A DNA stretch of 39,800 nt, taken from positions 1-39,800 of the forward strand of contig JYFJ02003605.1 of assembly GCA_000934665.2 (NCBI GenBank), given 5' to 3'. The stretch's first letter is position 1. Each line of letters starts with the position of its first letter. The notes under the pieces were generated by a model, which was given only the letters and a program-made list of their open reading frames with translations, was not told where the DNA came from and searched no databases. Both the position numbers and the translations under genes were made by a program. Shown in pieces: positions 22,628-35,600 of this stretch. Source of the DNA: Catajapyx aquilonaris (lineage: Eukaryota).

Positions 22628-23179
22628 CAGGGTGTTTATTGTAATTCTGCAAAGATTTTCAGGGGTAATAGAGGGGACCAATACAAGTATTTTTGACATA
22701 GGAACCCGTGTCCGGAAACGCCATCTAGAGGGGGTTCATAGACAAGGAACGGGTGCGCTCGGACGCGTCAGGCGAGATGCGCTAGAAGAGCGGACTGTTT
22801 TGTTGGTAGATGGCGCGCAGTTGTTGCCAGGTTATTTCGTTGTAAGTAAACAACAACGCGATACGCCATAACCTGGCAACAACAGAACCGATGTTGACTA
22901 TCCGCGCGTCTCCTAGGAAGTGGACTTTAGTTGCTAGATGGCTCTGCTGTTGCCAGGTTATGACACATCGCATCGCTGTTTACTATCTGAGCGCCATCTC
23001 TCAACAAAATAGTCCGCTCGCATAGCGCCTCCCTCATGAAGCGTCTGAGCGCACCCGTTCCTTGTTTATGAACCCCCTCTAGATGGCGTTTCCGAACACA
23101 GGTTCTTATGTCAAAAATACTTGTCTTGGTCCCCTCTATTACGCCTGAAAGTCTTTGCAGAGTTACAATAAACACCCTG
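22628..23179. mobile_element. Largely palindromic Tc1/mariner-type MITE
   Basis: TA-CAGGGTGTTTATTGTAA...TTACAATAAACACCCTG-TA; inverted similarity extends >200 bp. Confidence 0.9.
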
Positions 23180-23642
23180 TATATAAAGCCCCAATCCGAC
23201 AAGGAGGAGGAGGAGGATGGAAAAGATTTCGCACTTCCCGAGGTCGTAGAGCGCTGGTCGAAATTCCGTTGGATTCCTTGCTCCCGATATACATTGGCCA
23301 AAAATCATCAAAATCCCAAAATTCCCAGCCGTTTTCGAGATGGCCAAAAGTCGACTTTTTCACACGCCACCTGGACCTTTATAATTGATATTAAGGAGGT
23401 TTAATCAATAATAACGTGATTAATTACTTCATATACGTAGCTTACACCTTTAGGAATGTCATCACATTTATGACATCAACTCATCAACATCAACATCAAC
23501 TGCTGTAATTTATTTGGAGTGCAAGGATATTCCTGCCATCATGCAGCCTGATTTCTTCGTGTCTGTTGAGAACCCTGAATTCCACATCAATATACACGAG
23601 ACAAATCTGTAACATTCTGCACAATAAGTGACATACCGTATA

Positions 23643-23849
23643 CAGGGTGGTCCAGGTTCAAGTGTCGTTTTATAACGGCGATTAATAGAAGCGCTTAACG
23701 ATGACGTAGCAGCGACGTGTAAAATTGCCCACTTCGATGGCGCCGAAGATGCGCCGAAGTGGGACATTTTACGCGTCGCTGCTACGTCATCGCAAAATCA
23801 CTGCTATTAATCGCCGTTATAAAACGACACTTGAACTTGGACCACCATG
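23643..23849. mobile_element. Palindromic Tc1/mariner-type MITE
   Basis: TA-CAGGGTGGTCCAGGTTCAAGTGTCGTTTTATAACGGCGATTAATAG mirrored at ~23804-23849, followed by TA. Confidence 0.88.
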
Positions 23850-23990
23850 TATTACAAAAGCGCTTACCGGTACCAAGGATCTTCAAAGTGCAGGGACCGT
23901 GGATATTTCTCGACAATTGCTGTAATGGACATGTCTTGCTCAGTGATTTCTTTCTGCCTGCACACATGCACAGGCAATCACAAAACATAA

Positions 23991-24232
23991 AGAGTCCAGG
24001 GGAAAAAGGGGGAATGTCACACAAAAAATGTTCGTGAGAAATCGAAGAAATTGCTTTATTTCTTCACGTGTATAAGGAATAATAGGGATATCTTCACGTC
24101 ATTATATGCAACTGTCCCCCTTGTACCCATGGAAAGTCTCCAGGTATAAGTGGCACATACGGTACTATTGTACTGTGCACTTGGCAGGAACCCCAATGGA
24201 ATTTGACATTCCCCCTTTTTCCCCTGGACTCT
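23991..24232. mobile_element. MITE with ~29-bp TIRs (possibly PIF/Harbinger)
   Basis: AGAGTCCAGGGGAAAAAGGGGGAATGTCA ... TGACATTCCCCCTTTTTCCCCTGGACTCT; flanks TAA/TCA. Confidence 0.75.
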
Positions 24233-24616
24233 TCATACGCATAGGGTAAATAAATAAATAAAAAATTGAGCGGTCAAAATTTACGCACCACAAATGAAGA
24301 GTTACGATACGCATTTACACTGAGCAGCAGGCGCTATTACCAGCGACTTGATAGGCTGCTTAAAAATGTCAAAAACATCATTATGATGAGGACATTATCT
24401 TCCTAACACCTAACCTCCAGTAATATTATACAATAAGGTGGCCCAAAGGTTCATTGATACGAAGTATTCAAATCCCACACCATCCGCTATAGAGGCCTAT
24501 CGTATTATTAGCCAAATATTGTAGTAAGAATAGGCTACTATAAAAAATAATAACAGACTCGGCAAGCTATAGCTTGCCTGAGTAAGCATGCACAGTTCGC
24601 ATTTTTCACACAAAAT

Positions 24617-24622
24617 TTTATT
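24617..24622 (-). terminator. Candidate AATAAA polyadenylation signal of the MDP1-like gene
   Basis: Minus-strand AATAAA ~1 kb downstream of the stop codon at 25633. Confidence 0.4.
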
Positions 24623-25632
24623 AACACGTGAGTGTCCCAGTCCCTCCTATCCCCCCACCCCACTTCCACAGTCCACACGTCCCACTCTAGAAGCATGCCT
24701 GATCTCTCTTCATGCTCTCACAGGCCACAGGGTCTTCAGTCAAGGGAGGTCCAACACATTGGCCGCCACCAGAATTTCGAGGGAAACTCCGTAGGTAGGC
24801 TGGTAAGCTTGGTCTATGAGGATAAATGGTACCATTTCCTAAACCACCTCGTGTCTCGTCTTGTCTGACACCTGCGGATTCACGGGAGGTTAGAACCGCT
24901 GCATCAATGAAAGGTGTGTAACACTAAGCAATAAATTAGATCGACAAAAATACCTGAGATACGGAAGTGTCAACTGGTGCCAACCACTGCACTTGATGTA
25001 GAGCCCCATGCAATTCACCTCTTCGGAGTAGCCTTCCATAATGTCGCGTTGGAACGTCGTTCTAAAGACGGTGGTTCTAAAGACGGGGCTCCTCATGGGG
25101 CTCCTGGCAGTCTGGCACTCATCACGAGCGTGTGCGCCTGTTGGATGCTGAACGTCTTGGGAGAAGTTAACCAAGTCCGTGCTCAGTCCGTCCTGCTTTA
25201 GAACAGTTAATAGGGAAGCCCCTAATGTCCTATCTATATATACCAGTCCGTCCTGCTGCATTTGTTCCAAGACTCAGTCGAAGCCAGGATTTGGCACCCT
25301 GGTCCTGCCAGGAGCACCTGCTTTCCTGTACATGTCGCACCCCAACGAATAACATGGCAACATCGGTTTCCGTAACTTAAAAAAACATCCAGAATCTTAA
25401 CTCTTGTTGGTGCTTCTGATCCTGCTCTGTCAACCACAAGTCCGGCCTACGCTTCTCCCTAGGCTATGCGCTTGAGGGTTGAGGCTTTGCCCACTAACGA
25501 TTGCGTTCGCTGACAAGGGCGGCATGAAGCACCAGAACACAATAACGACATCAAGATGACACAACACAAACACGTCGTGGTAATGCAACAAAAAAAAAAA
25601 CAAGTGGGCACAGGCCAAAGATGGTTAGGCTC

Positions 25633-25810
25633 TTAGACAACCCTTTTCACTGCATATTCATCTAGGGCCAGGTTCAGGGTCGACATCGTCATCCCTCCTT
25701 CTACCAACACAGAAAATATTCCCATATCTTGCGCGCGCTGAATACCTGCCAGCCCATTGTCGAAGTATATCATCTCCTTTACGTTGGAGAAATGTGAGTC
25801 GAACATGATG
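25633..25810 (-). CDS. MDP1: MDP1-like last coding exon (IMFDSHFSNVKEMIYFDNG...AVKRVV*)
   Basis: TTTCCTCCTAACAG acceptor in phase 2; TAA stop. Confidence 0.85.
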
Positions 25811-26512
25811 CTGTTAGGAGGAAAAATATTTAGGATACTGTAATAAATTATAACAATATTCGAAATGACACGAACCATCAGACCAAGTAACTGTTGTTGA
25901 TTAACTAACTACTGTATAACTAACCTCCATTAAGCGTTGTGTATGCGCCTTTGTCATTATTCCCCTGATGGCTGATGGCATATTTAGCAAGTTTCCCATA
26001 ATATTCGATCAGATATACAAATGTCACGCAGATTTGGAACATGCGACAATCATCCTATAGGTGCAGTTATTTTAATTCAGAAGCTCACAGCCAGTATGTG
26101 TCGTAGTATCGTATATGTACAGTACGTATATTAGTTATTACACTGTTCTACAAAATAACACTTTTTCTATTTTCTGATGATTTCAATAGTGATTCCTATT
26201 GTACATTCTGCGCTGAATCCGAATATCCGATCAGAAGGTTTCTGTCAGGCACAGTTTTTGAGATATATCGTTTTAAAGTTTGGAACGGTTTACTAGGGAT
26301 CTTTCTGAATCAAGTGGACCTAAATGTTGCTAGACCGTCTCGGATCTTGGTGAAAATAATCAGATGTACGCACCTATTCCTTAATGCTGCTTATAAAGTT
26401 TCAGCCATATTGCGAAATACCATGACGAGGAAAAACTCGCAAACATCTGGAAATTGCTGAAAATGAGGCATTTTTTGGAGAATTTTTTTCGCTTAGTGGA
26501 AGTGGTCAAAGG

Positions 26513-26609
<97 letters not shown>

Positions 26610-29600
26610 AAAGAATGAGAAACACCAGGAAAATGCGCCTATGGAATTGGTTTTCCGCTACAATGTAAAGATAAATTTTTATAGCATTTTATTGGCCACT
26701 TTCTCAGTCACATGCCCAGGAATTGTTACCTCAACAATAATATTAGTGAAGTATTTGCGTTACATCAGTCATATTCGGTGACACTAGTTGTGACGGACGT
26801 CACCGCGCGGACAAAGCCCACTAGGGTGCGATAATAACCAGCACCTGCCTCGCCTCCATTGAAGTGGGTCCAGCCCTATATGACTGCTATATAGGCCCAC
26901 GTATAATACTGTACGTATGTACCACATCTGACGAGGACAATCAGGCTTTGGTTAGTGGAGTCGAAGTATACGTGCTGCTTGGATGTGTAAAAAGATGAAT
27001 GCTGATAGAGTTGGCTCAAGAAAAGACTGAACGGCCACGTGTTCTTTCTGACACCTTCCACCCCCCCCCCCCCTCCCAACAGCACCTCGTCCCCTATGTT
27101 TGCCCTGAAGAAAAGAAGTGTACAGATGCTTGGTGGGAAATTTTGTTTTCAAGGTGGGTAATGTTGTATGCCTAGTTTCATGTGTGTTTGGAAGTCGACT
27201 TCCAAATCCCACGAAATCCAGTGCGGGGGGTTTTCCCCCTGGACAGACCATACGATCCGAACTCATGTGAGGTGGCCATCGCGCCTCGGTTAGCGTAGTT
27301 GACGGATGTGTTGAATTTACAGCGATTGTAGCCTATACATGTAAAAAAGAGAGGCGAAAGACTCGCGTCGATATGAATGGTGGCATCTCTATATGGGAAC
27401 ATGAAAAGTGATGGACAATAATTGAGGCGTTGACATGGGAAAGGGCGTAAGTCACAATTAAGATTTTTTTACAGGGGCTAGGCAAAAACCCAGTTTTGAC
27501 AACACCGCTAAGGGCCGGTTGCACCAGTCGCGGTATATGGGACGGTATATGGAAGAACCCTGCACCGCGGGTACACGGTATATGCCATGAAAAACCGCGG
27601 GTTTATTCCATAGCGTTGCACCGGTCCAGATAAACGGGGGGTTTTCGGTAGTACGCTGGCCCATGAGAGACGTAAGCGGGCAAAAATTTTGGAGAGCGCT
27701 GATTGGATCGCAGCACCCGTGACGCAATCCGTGACGTCATGGAAGTATGGCTATTCGACTAGTATCTACGGCAACCATGCGGCAGGGTTGCCACCTGGTG
27801 TCACACAGTACACGAAATCCCTAGCACCATGACGACACCATAAACCCGCGGTATAAGCAACTTGTGCTGCAGGATCGGCGGGTAGATGGATTCGGCGGTA
27901 GATGGGAGGGAGAACGGGCCGTTTTAGAAAAACCGTAGGTGGCGCAACACTTCTCGCGGTATACCGGAGTCAAAACCCGCCGTTTTCCATATACCGCGAC
28001 TGGTGCAACCGGCCCTAAGCAGATTTTATTACACAAAAGATTTCTTATTGTTGGATATTTGTTACACAAAGCCATGAAAAGTCAAAGTAAAAGCAGTTGA
28101 TGAGTTTAACATTTAAATGTAGGCTACTTTTTTTCTATTTTGTGGCACATTTGTTATTGTTCCATGTCAACTCGAGGGGATATTGCTGATATAGATATGT
28201 TGATATTATTACTAAGTGGGATATTGTTGAGGGGAGCAGGGAAATGAGTTACGGGTGTTGTGCGAGTTAGGCTCATTTTCGGAAGCTGAAACACGAGGCA
28301 TTAAATTCCTTGTAAAAAATAACCTCAGGTATGTTAGTTTAAGGCGGTGCGGTGTAGGGGCATTCCCCTGGATTTCTATGGCGAACAAACACACAAACTT
28401 CCTCAAATATATATACAGTTGAATCCAGATATAACAAACTTCAAGGGACAGTGGAACAAGTATGTTATAACCGAGGTCTATTATAGCCAAATAGCCACTT
28501 TTGCAACGAATGCACAAAGTTTTCTGCTTATAATGCACACTACTGCATTTGATAATGAAACTATAGCCACAAACATGCAAAATGAGTTGACCTGTAAATT
28601 AGGCAGGATTTTTTTTCAGCCAATTATCTTCTGCTGTCTCCATGCCAAACATGCCAGAAAAATATTGATTTCGACCTTTTAGGCCAGTGTTAGATCAGTG
28701 GCAGGTGGGAAAATCACTCCCTGTCCCGTTTGTACTATGCAGTGCTTTTTTTCGCACGAGAAAAGAGGTTGAGTAACCAAAAACAGCATATTTTCTCACC
28801 GAAGCGACAAGAAAATGGTATATGTTATATATCAGGAGTTAAAATACACAAGGCCTTATGGATGTCCTGACCGGCCTTTCGAGTATGTTATAACCGAATA
28901 TCTGTTATTGCCGAGGCTGTTATATCCGGATTCAACAGTATGAGATAAGATGAATAAAATCAGTATTTTTCTCTCTCATTATATGCTACATTTTATCCGC
29001 TCCGTCATTCCATTCTCTTTCGAGTCTAATAATTTCCATTTTGTTGAAAAGCACATTTCTGGCGATTGTCATATCGCCAAAAAGTGATGCGTTCGCCATA
29101 TTGCATTTTCGTTCACGATCCGTAATTTGCCCAGTTTTCTTTCTCCGAGTTTATCGCGGACCAGTCAGTAAATAGGTACCGTATGTCACTATGACTTTGC
29201 TTGGAAGTGTCGTTTTTGGAATATTATTCACGCTTGATTTTAAGGAAGGAATATTTCAACTATAAAATGTCATACACAGGAGGGAAAAAAGCAGGAAGGA
29301 AGGGACATGTCCCATCCATTGTTAAACTTGTTCATTTGCGTGCCATTTTCAGGATATTTTGACATGTGCCTTCGTATCCATTAGTGTTACTGTGGTAGAA
29401 TTAGCATGCTGTGATTTATATTGAAGCACTGCACTGGTTGAAAGCTGTCTTCCTTTTCTAAGTTAAGAAACAAAGGTAAGGAGACGGGTGTCCACTGCGG
29501 TGGTCGGCAACTTTGAAAGAACTAGTGGAAATAGGTCTCAATATCACAACATTGAGAAAACAACCACTGCTTCCAGTAGCTTCCCCATGTCTCGCCACTC

Positions 29601-32600
29601 TCCCCTGCTTATTATCAACTAGCGTACCCGTATAGCCAAAATTTGGCAAAACCTGCAATGAGGACGACATGATTGGTAATGAAAAAAATGGAATGGGAGG
29701 GCTCACGTATAGCTGGTCGTAAGACGGGGTTGAAGAATTGAGTTGCATTGAATCAATGGACATATACTGTACACTTCCTGAATCGGACACGAGAAGAGTT
29801 TTCATAACTTATGAAAACTCTTCTCGTGTCTATCGCGAGGTTTGAAACCTCGCGATATGCAACATTGTGTGTAAACATTATGTTGTTGGAGAGAAATGTT
29901 CCTTGTTGAGCAGTGGGAGTATAGTGAACACTTTGACTTGGGTTGGGTTGCGAGACCGGGACAATGTGGCCATGATTGTGAGAAGAGAGGTTCATCCAGG
30001 GAAATGCTTACGTGCGGATCCGGCCCTGCGAGTTGTTGATCGCCATGGCATAGGCTGAGATCACATTATGTCAATGAACATATTCTAAGACTTTTGCATC
30101 CGGATCCAGCAGGCTATGATTAAGGCTTATATAATAATAGCTGATAGGGGCATATTTGAGTGACGCGGCAACATGAGGGATGGAGTTGCCCTTTGTGTAG
30201 GTAGTCAAGATAGGTTTTAGCCTGGAAATTTGAGATAGAAAGCTAATTTTTGGTACAGTTGTCCTTCATGATGTTCTCAAACAGTGTGTAAAAGTCCCGG
30301 AGTGTCCGACGCTTGCTTCGTCCGGGACAACGCAAAAAGTACCTATGTGACACTAGTGCAGGAAAGATACGATAAAATGCCCCATAACCCCCAAATAAAC
30401 TGCAATGGAAATGAACTTTTCACCATTTGTTCAGAGAAATGTGGAGAATAACATATCCAAAGTTCACAGCGATTGGTGGGGGGGAACTCGCCGCCATCTT
30501 GGAAAATGGCGGCGAAAAGGGGTGTTTTGGTTTTAGATTTTTCTCGTAAATGATTGCATGTATGTGGATTTATGTAGAATACAAAATGAAAGATCCCACT
30601 AGTTCGCACATATTCAGTCCCTATCACTATTTTGTAGAGGGAATATCTACAAAGTTATCGCCGATTATATTGACGCCGCATAATCACTCTACGAGGATAT
30701 TATGCACATATTATGCTGTTTCTACTCAAGTGTAATTATGTGAATATTAGTCACTTATCATTACTTACTCTAATAATAGAGACGAGCTATCATTGAGAAA
30801 TGGTTGGTAATGATAATAGCTATTATAGCTATTATAAGTAACTATTCTTAATAAAACAAGTAATCCTCATGTATGATATTTCAGATAGAAAGCTAATTTT
30901 CAGTACAATTGTCCTTCATTATGTTCTCGAACAGTGCGTAAAAGTCCCAGAGTGTCCGACGATTGCTTCGTCCGGGACAACGCATAAAGTACCTATGAGA
31001 CAGCTACTTTAGTACTCGACAGTTTCATAATTATATTAGCATAACCTTCCATCGCTTCCATCAGACCGTCGCATAGACGTCCGCGGAGGCTCGAATGTGT
31101 GGAAAGGAATACTACACACACGTAAACTATCAGAATGCAATTTGATGGCAGTAGTCGCAGGCTCGCGGCACACTGGCAGTAATTTGCGGAGAAAATGTTG
31201 CGAAATTGATACCCGATGGCTTTACAACGGAACATTGGTCGCCTTTGAGCATATACTATGCCTCGGATTAACCGAAGCAGGTTGGCATAGTGGATAAGGC
31301 GTCCGACTGCTAATCGGGAGGTCCTGGGTTCGAATCCCGGGGCCGGCAACTTTGACCGTGGTTTTCTGTGGTTTCCCACGGTCCTTCCAGGAAAATTCCG
31401 GAGTTGCTTCCGTAATTAATAGGCCACAGCCGTTTCCTTCCGTCCCTATGCTATATCCAAAGAGCACAGTGAAATGAAAGCAAAGAGTTCCAGGCAAAAC
31501 AAACTTCCCCCCTAAAGAGCCGATGGCTGATAACGGGGTATGAATTATTATTATTATTATACTACTATGCCTCGGACAGCTCGGTATGTTGTTCTGCGTT
31601 GCTGATTTCTGAGCTCAACGATGCATGTCGATACTTAATGCACCGAAAATTAAGTGCCATACAGAGTGAAGATTGAACTCGCCCAGCGTCCTGGACTATA
31701 CCCTGAGACGTACAAAGGTATCTTAGGTAAGAAAAGTACCCATGGACGGATATAATTTCAATGAAAATGTAACTGTTTCACACGTTTCTGAGGCAATAGA
31801 CACAAGAAACTCAGGATTTCTGCTTGTAGTGGAGGTGACGGGTAATGGATGCCAGTGCTTGGACCATTCATCGGCCTGCAAAAGATACAGATACAGGTTT
31901 CATCATATTGAACTGTAGAGTATAGCATAGGTCAGAGTTCATGCACTGTTATTCTCACTATATACCCAACCTTTTCGGGCCTTCGTACCCCTTTGAGAGC
32001 AGTAATACTTCTCGTAATACACCCTACCAGGATGGAAAATTTACTGAATCCTTGACATTTAACTAATCCGTGATAATCGTGATACCTATACCTTATAATC
32101 AATATTTTGGAACCAGGAGTATGATGAAGTGAAAGATTATTAAATCATTTTTCGATTATAATCCAGCTATATTTTCCTTTGTGCAAGCCACTTATGGGCT
32201 GTGCTATGTAAAAAATGTTTCCATTTGGACTCAGGGGTACTTAGCTCTGTTACCCCAGGAGGGGCACCTCGTACTCCCTGAGGGTACAGGTACCCCTGGT
32301 TGGGAACCCCTGCCTTAGATGTTCCCTTCCTCCTCATATGAATCACTTGCTATGGGAGTGGGACTGTTGTTGCAGTCTCTACCTCGACAGTGTGCACACA
32401 CATTGCCGAACTTGGCAAGTTTGATCACTCGCAGTCACATGAATGGCAGGATGAGGACGAAGGTAACATCTAAGCTTCTAAGATCTAAGGTACCTTGAGA
32501 ATCACAGTGCATGAACTCTGACTTTTACTCTACAGTTCAATATGATGAAACCTGTATCTGTATCTTTTGCAGGCCGATGAATGGTCCAAGCACTGGCATC

Positions 32601-35600
32601 CATTACCCGTCACCTCCACTACAAGCAGAAATCCTGAGTCTCTTGTGTCTATTGCCTCAGAAACGTGTGAAACAGTTACATTTTCATTGAAATTATACGG
32701 TATCAGTTCGTTTAAATCCGTCCATGGGTACTTTTCTTACCTATACCTTTGTACGTCTCAGGGTATAGTCCAGGACGCTGGGCGAGTTCAAAATTTCGCA
32801 ACATTTTCTCCGCAAATTACTGCCAGTGTGCCGCGAGCCTGCGACTACTGCCATCAAATTGCATTCTGATAGTTTACGTGTGTGTAGTATTCCTTTCCAC
32901 ACATTCGAGCCTCCGCGGACGTCTATGCGACGGTCTGATGGAAGGTTATGCTAATATATGAAACTGTCGAGTACTAAAGTAGCCGTCTCATAGGTACTTT
33001 ATGCGTTGTCCCGGACGAAGCAATCGTCGGACACTCTGGGACTTTTACGCACTGTTTGAGAACATAATGAAGGACAATTGTACTGAAAATTAGCTTTCTA
33101 TCTGAAATATCATACATGAGGATTACTTGTTTTATTAAGAATAGTTAGGCTACTTATAATAGCTATAATAGCTATTATCATTACCAACCATTTCTCAATG
33201 ATAGCTCGTCTCTATTATTAGAGTAAGTAATGATAAGTGACTATTATTCACATAATTACTTGAGTAGAAACAGCATTATGTGCATAATATCCTCGTAGAG
33301 TGATTATGTGGCGTCAATATAATCGGCGATAACTTTGTAGATATTCCCTCTACAAAATAGTGATAGGGACTGAATATGTGCGAACTAGTGGGATCTTTCA
33401 TTTTGTATTCTACATAAATCCACATACATGCAGTCATTTACGAGAAAAATCTAAAACCAAAACACCCCTTTTCGCCGCCATTTCCCAAGATGGCGGCGGG
33501 TTCCCCCCACCAATCGCTGTGAACTTTGGATATGTTATTCTCCACATTTTTCTGAACAAATGGTGAAAAGTTCATTTCCATTGCAGTTTATTTGGGGGTT
33601 ATGGGGCATTTTATCGTATCTTTCCTGCACTAGTGTCACATAGGTACTTTTTGCGTTGTCCCGGACGAAGCAAGCGTCGGACACTCCGGGACTTTTACGT
33701 ACTGTTTGAGAACATCATGAAGGACAACTGGACCAAAAATTAGCTTTCTCTCTCAAATTTCCACCTTTAGCTGTTTTTCAGTCTCGATTGACTGGGCGTA
33801 TGGCTATATGGCACAGCAACTGTCATCTGTTGGGCGACACGGTGGCGGAGTGGTTAGCGCCGCAGCCTTCCACCTCTAAGGTCCAGAGTTCGATCCCAGG
33901 ATCGGACAGAGTGTGCTTATGTGGATAGAGTTTCGATGGGTTCTGTCCGTGTACGCGTGGGGTTTCTCGGGGTTCTCCCGTTTCCTCCCACAATCAAAAT
34001 CCATCACAGCGCAGGCAATGATTAAAGTCGGTCAATTATAAGATGATCCCCTAAAAAGCTCAAGGAGGCTTATCACAGGGCATCCATTATCTCCACTGTC
34101 ATCTGTTGTGGCCCCGCCAGGCAGGGTTCGTCGCCCTGCATGATATTTTTAGGTAATTCGGAGCGGAAGCGGAGCTGGGCGACTATTGTGGGTTTTGTAT
34201 TGGCAACATTTACAGTACTGTCCGTCTTGTGGCGGCGGAGGCCAACGAACGTTATTGTGGCTTTGCCAACCTCCAATCCCCTGCTGATCCCACCGCTGAT
34301 ATCTTGTTTGCTTGCTCCGGGAGGTTCATGCGACGCCGCCAAATAAGTCGCGGGTTTACTCTAATCTAAGCTATCCACTGAAAATCATAAAAGTTGCTTG
34401 ATCCTGATCCAAGATGGCGGAATATTTAGAAAGTGGGGCTGAAAGTAGCAGCTTACATGATAGGTTTCTGAATATTCTGTGGCTCAGATTGAAATATTGA
34501 ATCAGTTGGCAGACTTCCATTGGCGGGTAAGGAAATAGGTGGCGGTTAGGACTTTTGGCGAGAAGGGAAAGTGGCGGCCAGATGAATGAGGGCCGTGACC
34601 AAAAGGTAGTGGCAGCACGTACTCCCTTGGCGGCCCCTTGGTGAGTGCTGTGTCACCTTTTGGTCACGGCACTAATTCATCAGGCCGCCACATCTGGAGC
34701 GTTCCGGAGGCGAAAAAAATAAGGCTATTATTATAGGGGGATTATTACGGATTATAACCCAAGACTGCATCGGATGTTTAGACGTTACCATTACATTATT
34801 GTTATGGCTTGTCAAACCTATCACGAAGAGAGACGCAACAGGTATATGATGGTAACGGCTACACTTTTCCTCGCTTTTCCTGTAGCCCTGGATTAGCCAA
34901 CCTATGCACTTCGGACATTTCGGAATATTAAAACGTTAAAATATTATGTGCAGAAGACGCTTACACCTTGAGTAAGACATCTACGTTGTTCCCATACACA
35001 GCATCATGGTATATGTAGTCGTCCCACTCCATCACCTTCTTGATGCATGGTACGGTATCGTTGGATATTAGATGTACACATTTATGGATAACTCCAACCT
35101 GGATTCCCTTATCGAAGAGTTCTTTGAGTACATCGGTTGATTCCTTATGAGGCCACCAGAGGGAGCATATGTCATCTTCAATGTAATGGCCTGATCTGAG
35201 AAAGGCATATAGAGGTATAGGTAAGTTGCTTAGTTTTGACACAAAATATGCATTGATTGCCTTACTCATGGATATGTAGAGGAGGAACAACTTTATCGAT
35301 GTCGAAGTGATTCAATAGAGTTCCCTCTGAAATGAAACGAGTGGTCATTCACTTCGAACATATGTCAGGTAGAATATTATAGTTCAACAATACGAGAGTG
35401 AAGAAGACATAAACATTGAATTAGTGTGTCGCACTAAACTACAGAATATAAACAACTATTTATACAGCATTTAATATTATTTTGTATTTGGTATTATGTA
35501 TAACCTGGTATAAGACTATAGTGATCTAGGGATGATTCATAAGGGAGGATGTGCGTGGGTTTTACACATATTATACTACGCCATTACTTGAGCATCCGTG

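Larger units (their letters stand above)
30223..33800. mobile_element. Large foldback element with ~1.27-kb inverted arms (Academ-like terminus, tentative)
   Basis: 30223-31957 is the near-identical reverse complement of 32496-33763, apart from an extra segment at ~31208-31673. Each arm holds an internal ~115-bp direct repeat. The right end reads ...GATTGACTGGGCGTA. Confidence 0.85.

Noticed and set aside
24780..25270. ORF 24890-25270(-) as a gene or R2-like LINE remnant
   Set aside because: Only vague similarity (RWFRKWYHL) and no catalytic motifs; it lies in the probable 3' UTR.
25633..25720. MSTLNLALDE as a reverse-transcriptase motif (cf. SPxLFNLALD)
   Set aside because: Explained better as the C-terminus of the spliced MDP1-like protein.
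26141..26500. Chapaev/Transib-like terminus
   Set aside because: No partner TIR or TSD found.
30012..30054. Apparent AG...GTAAGC exon on the minus strand within the MDP1-like intron
   Set aside because: It is Helitron helicase sequence, and 43 nt would break the MDP1-like frame.
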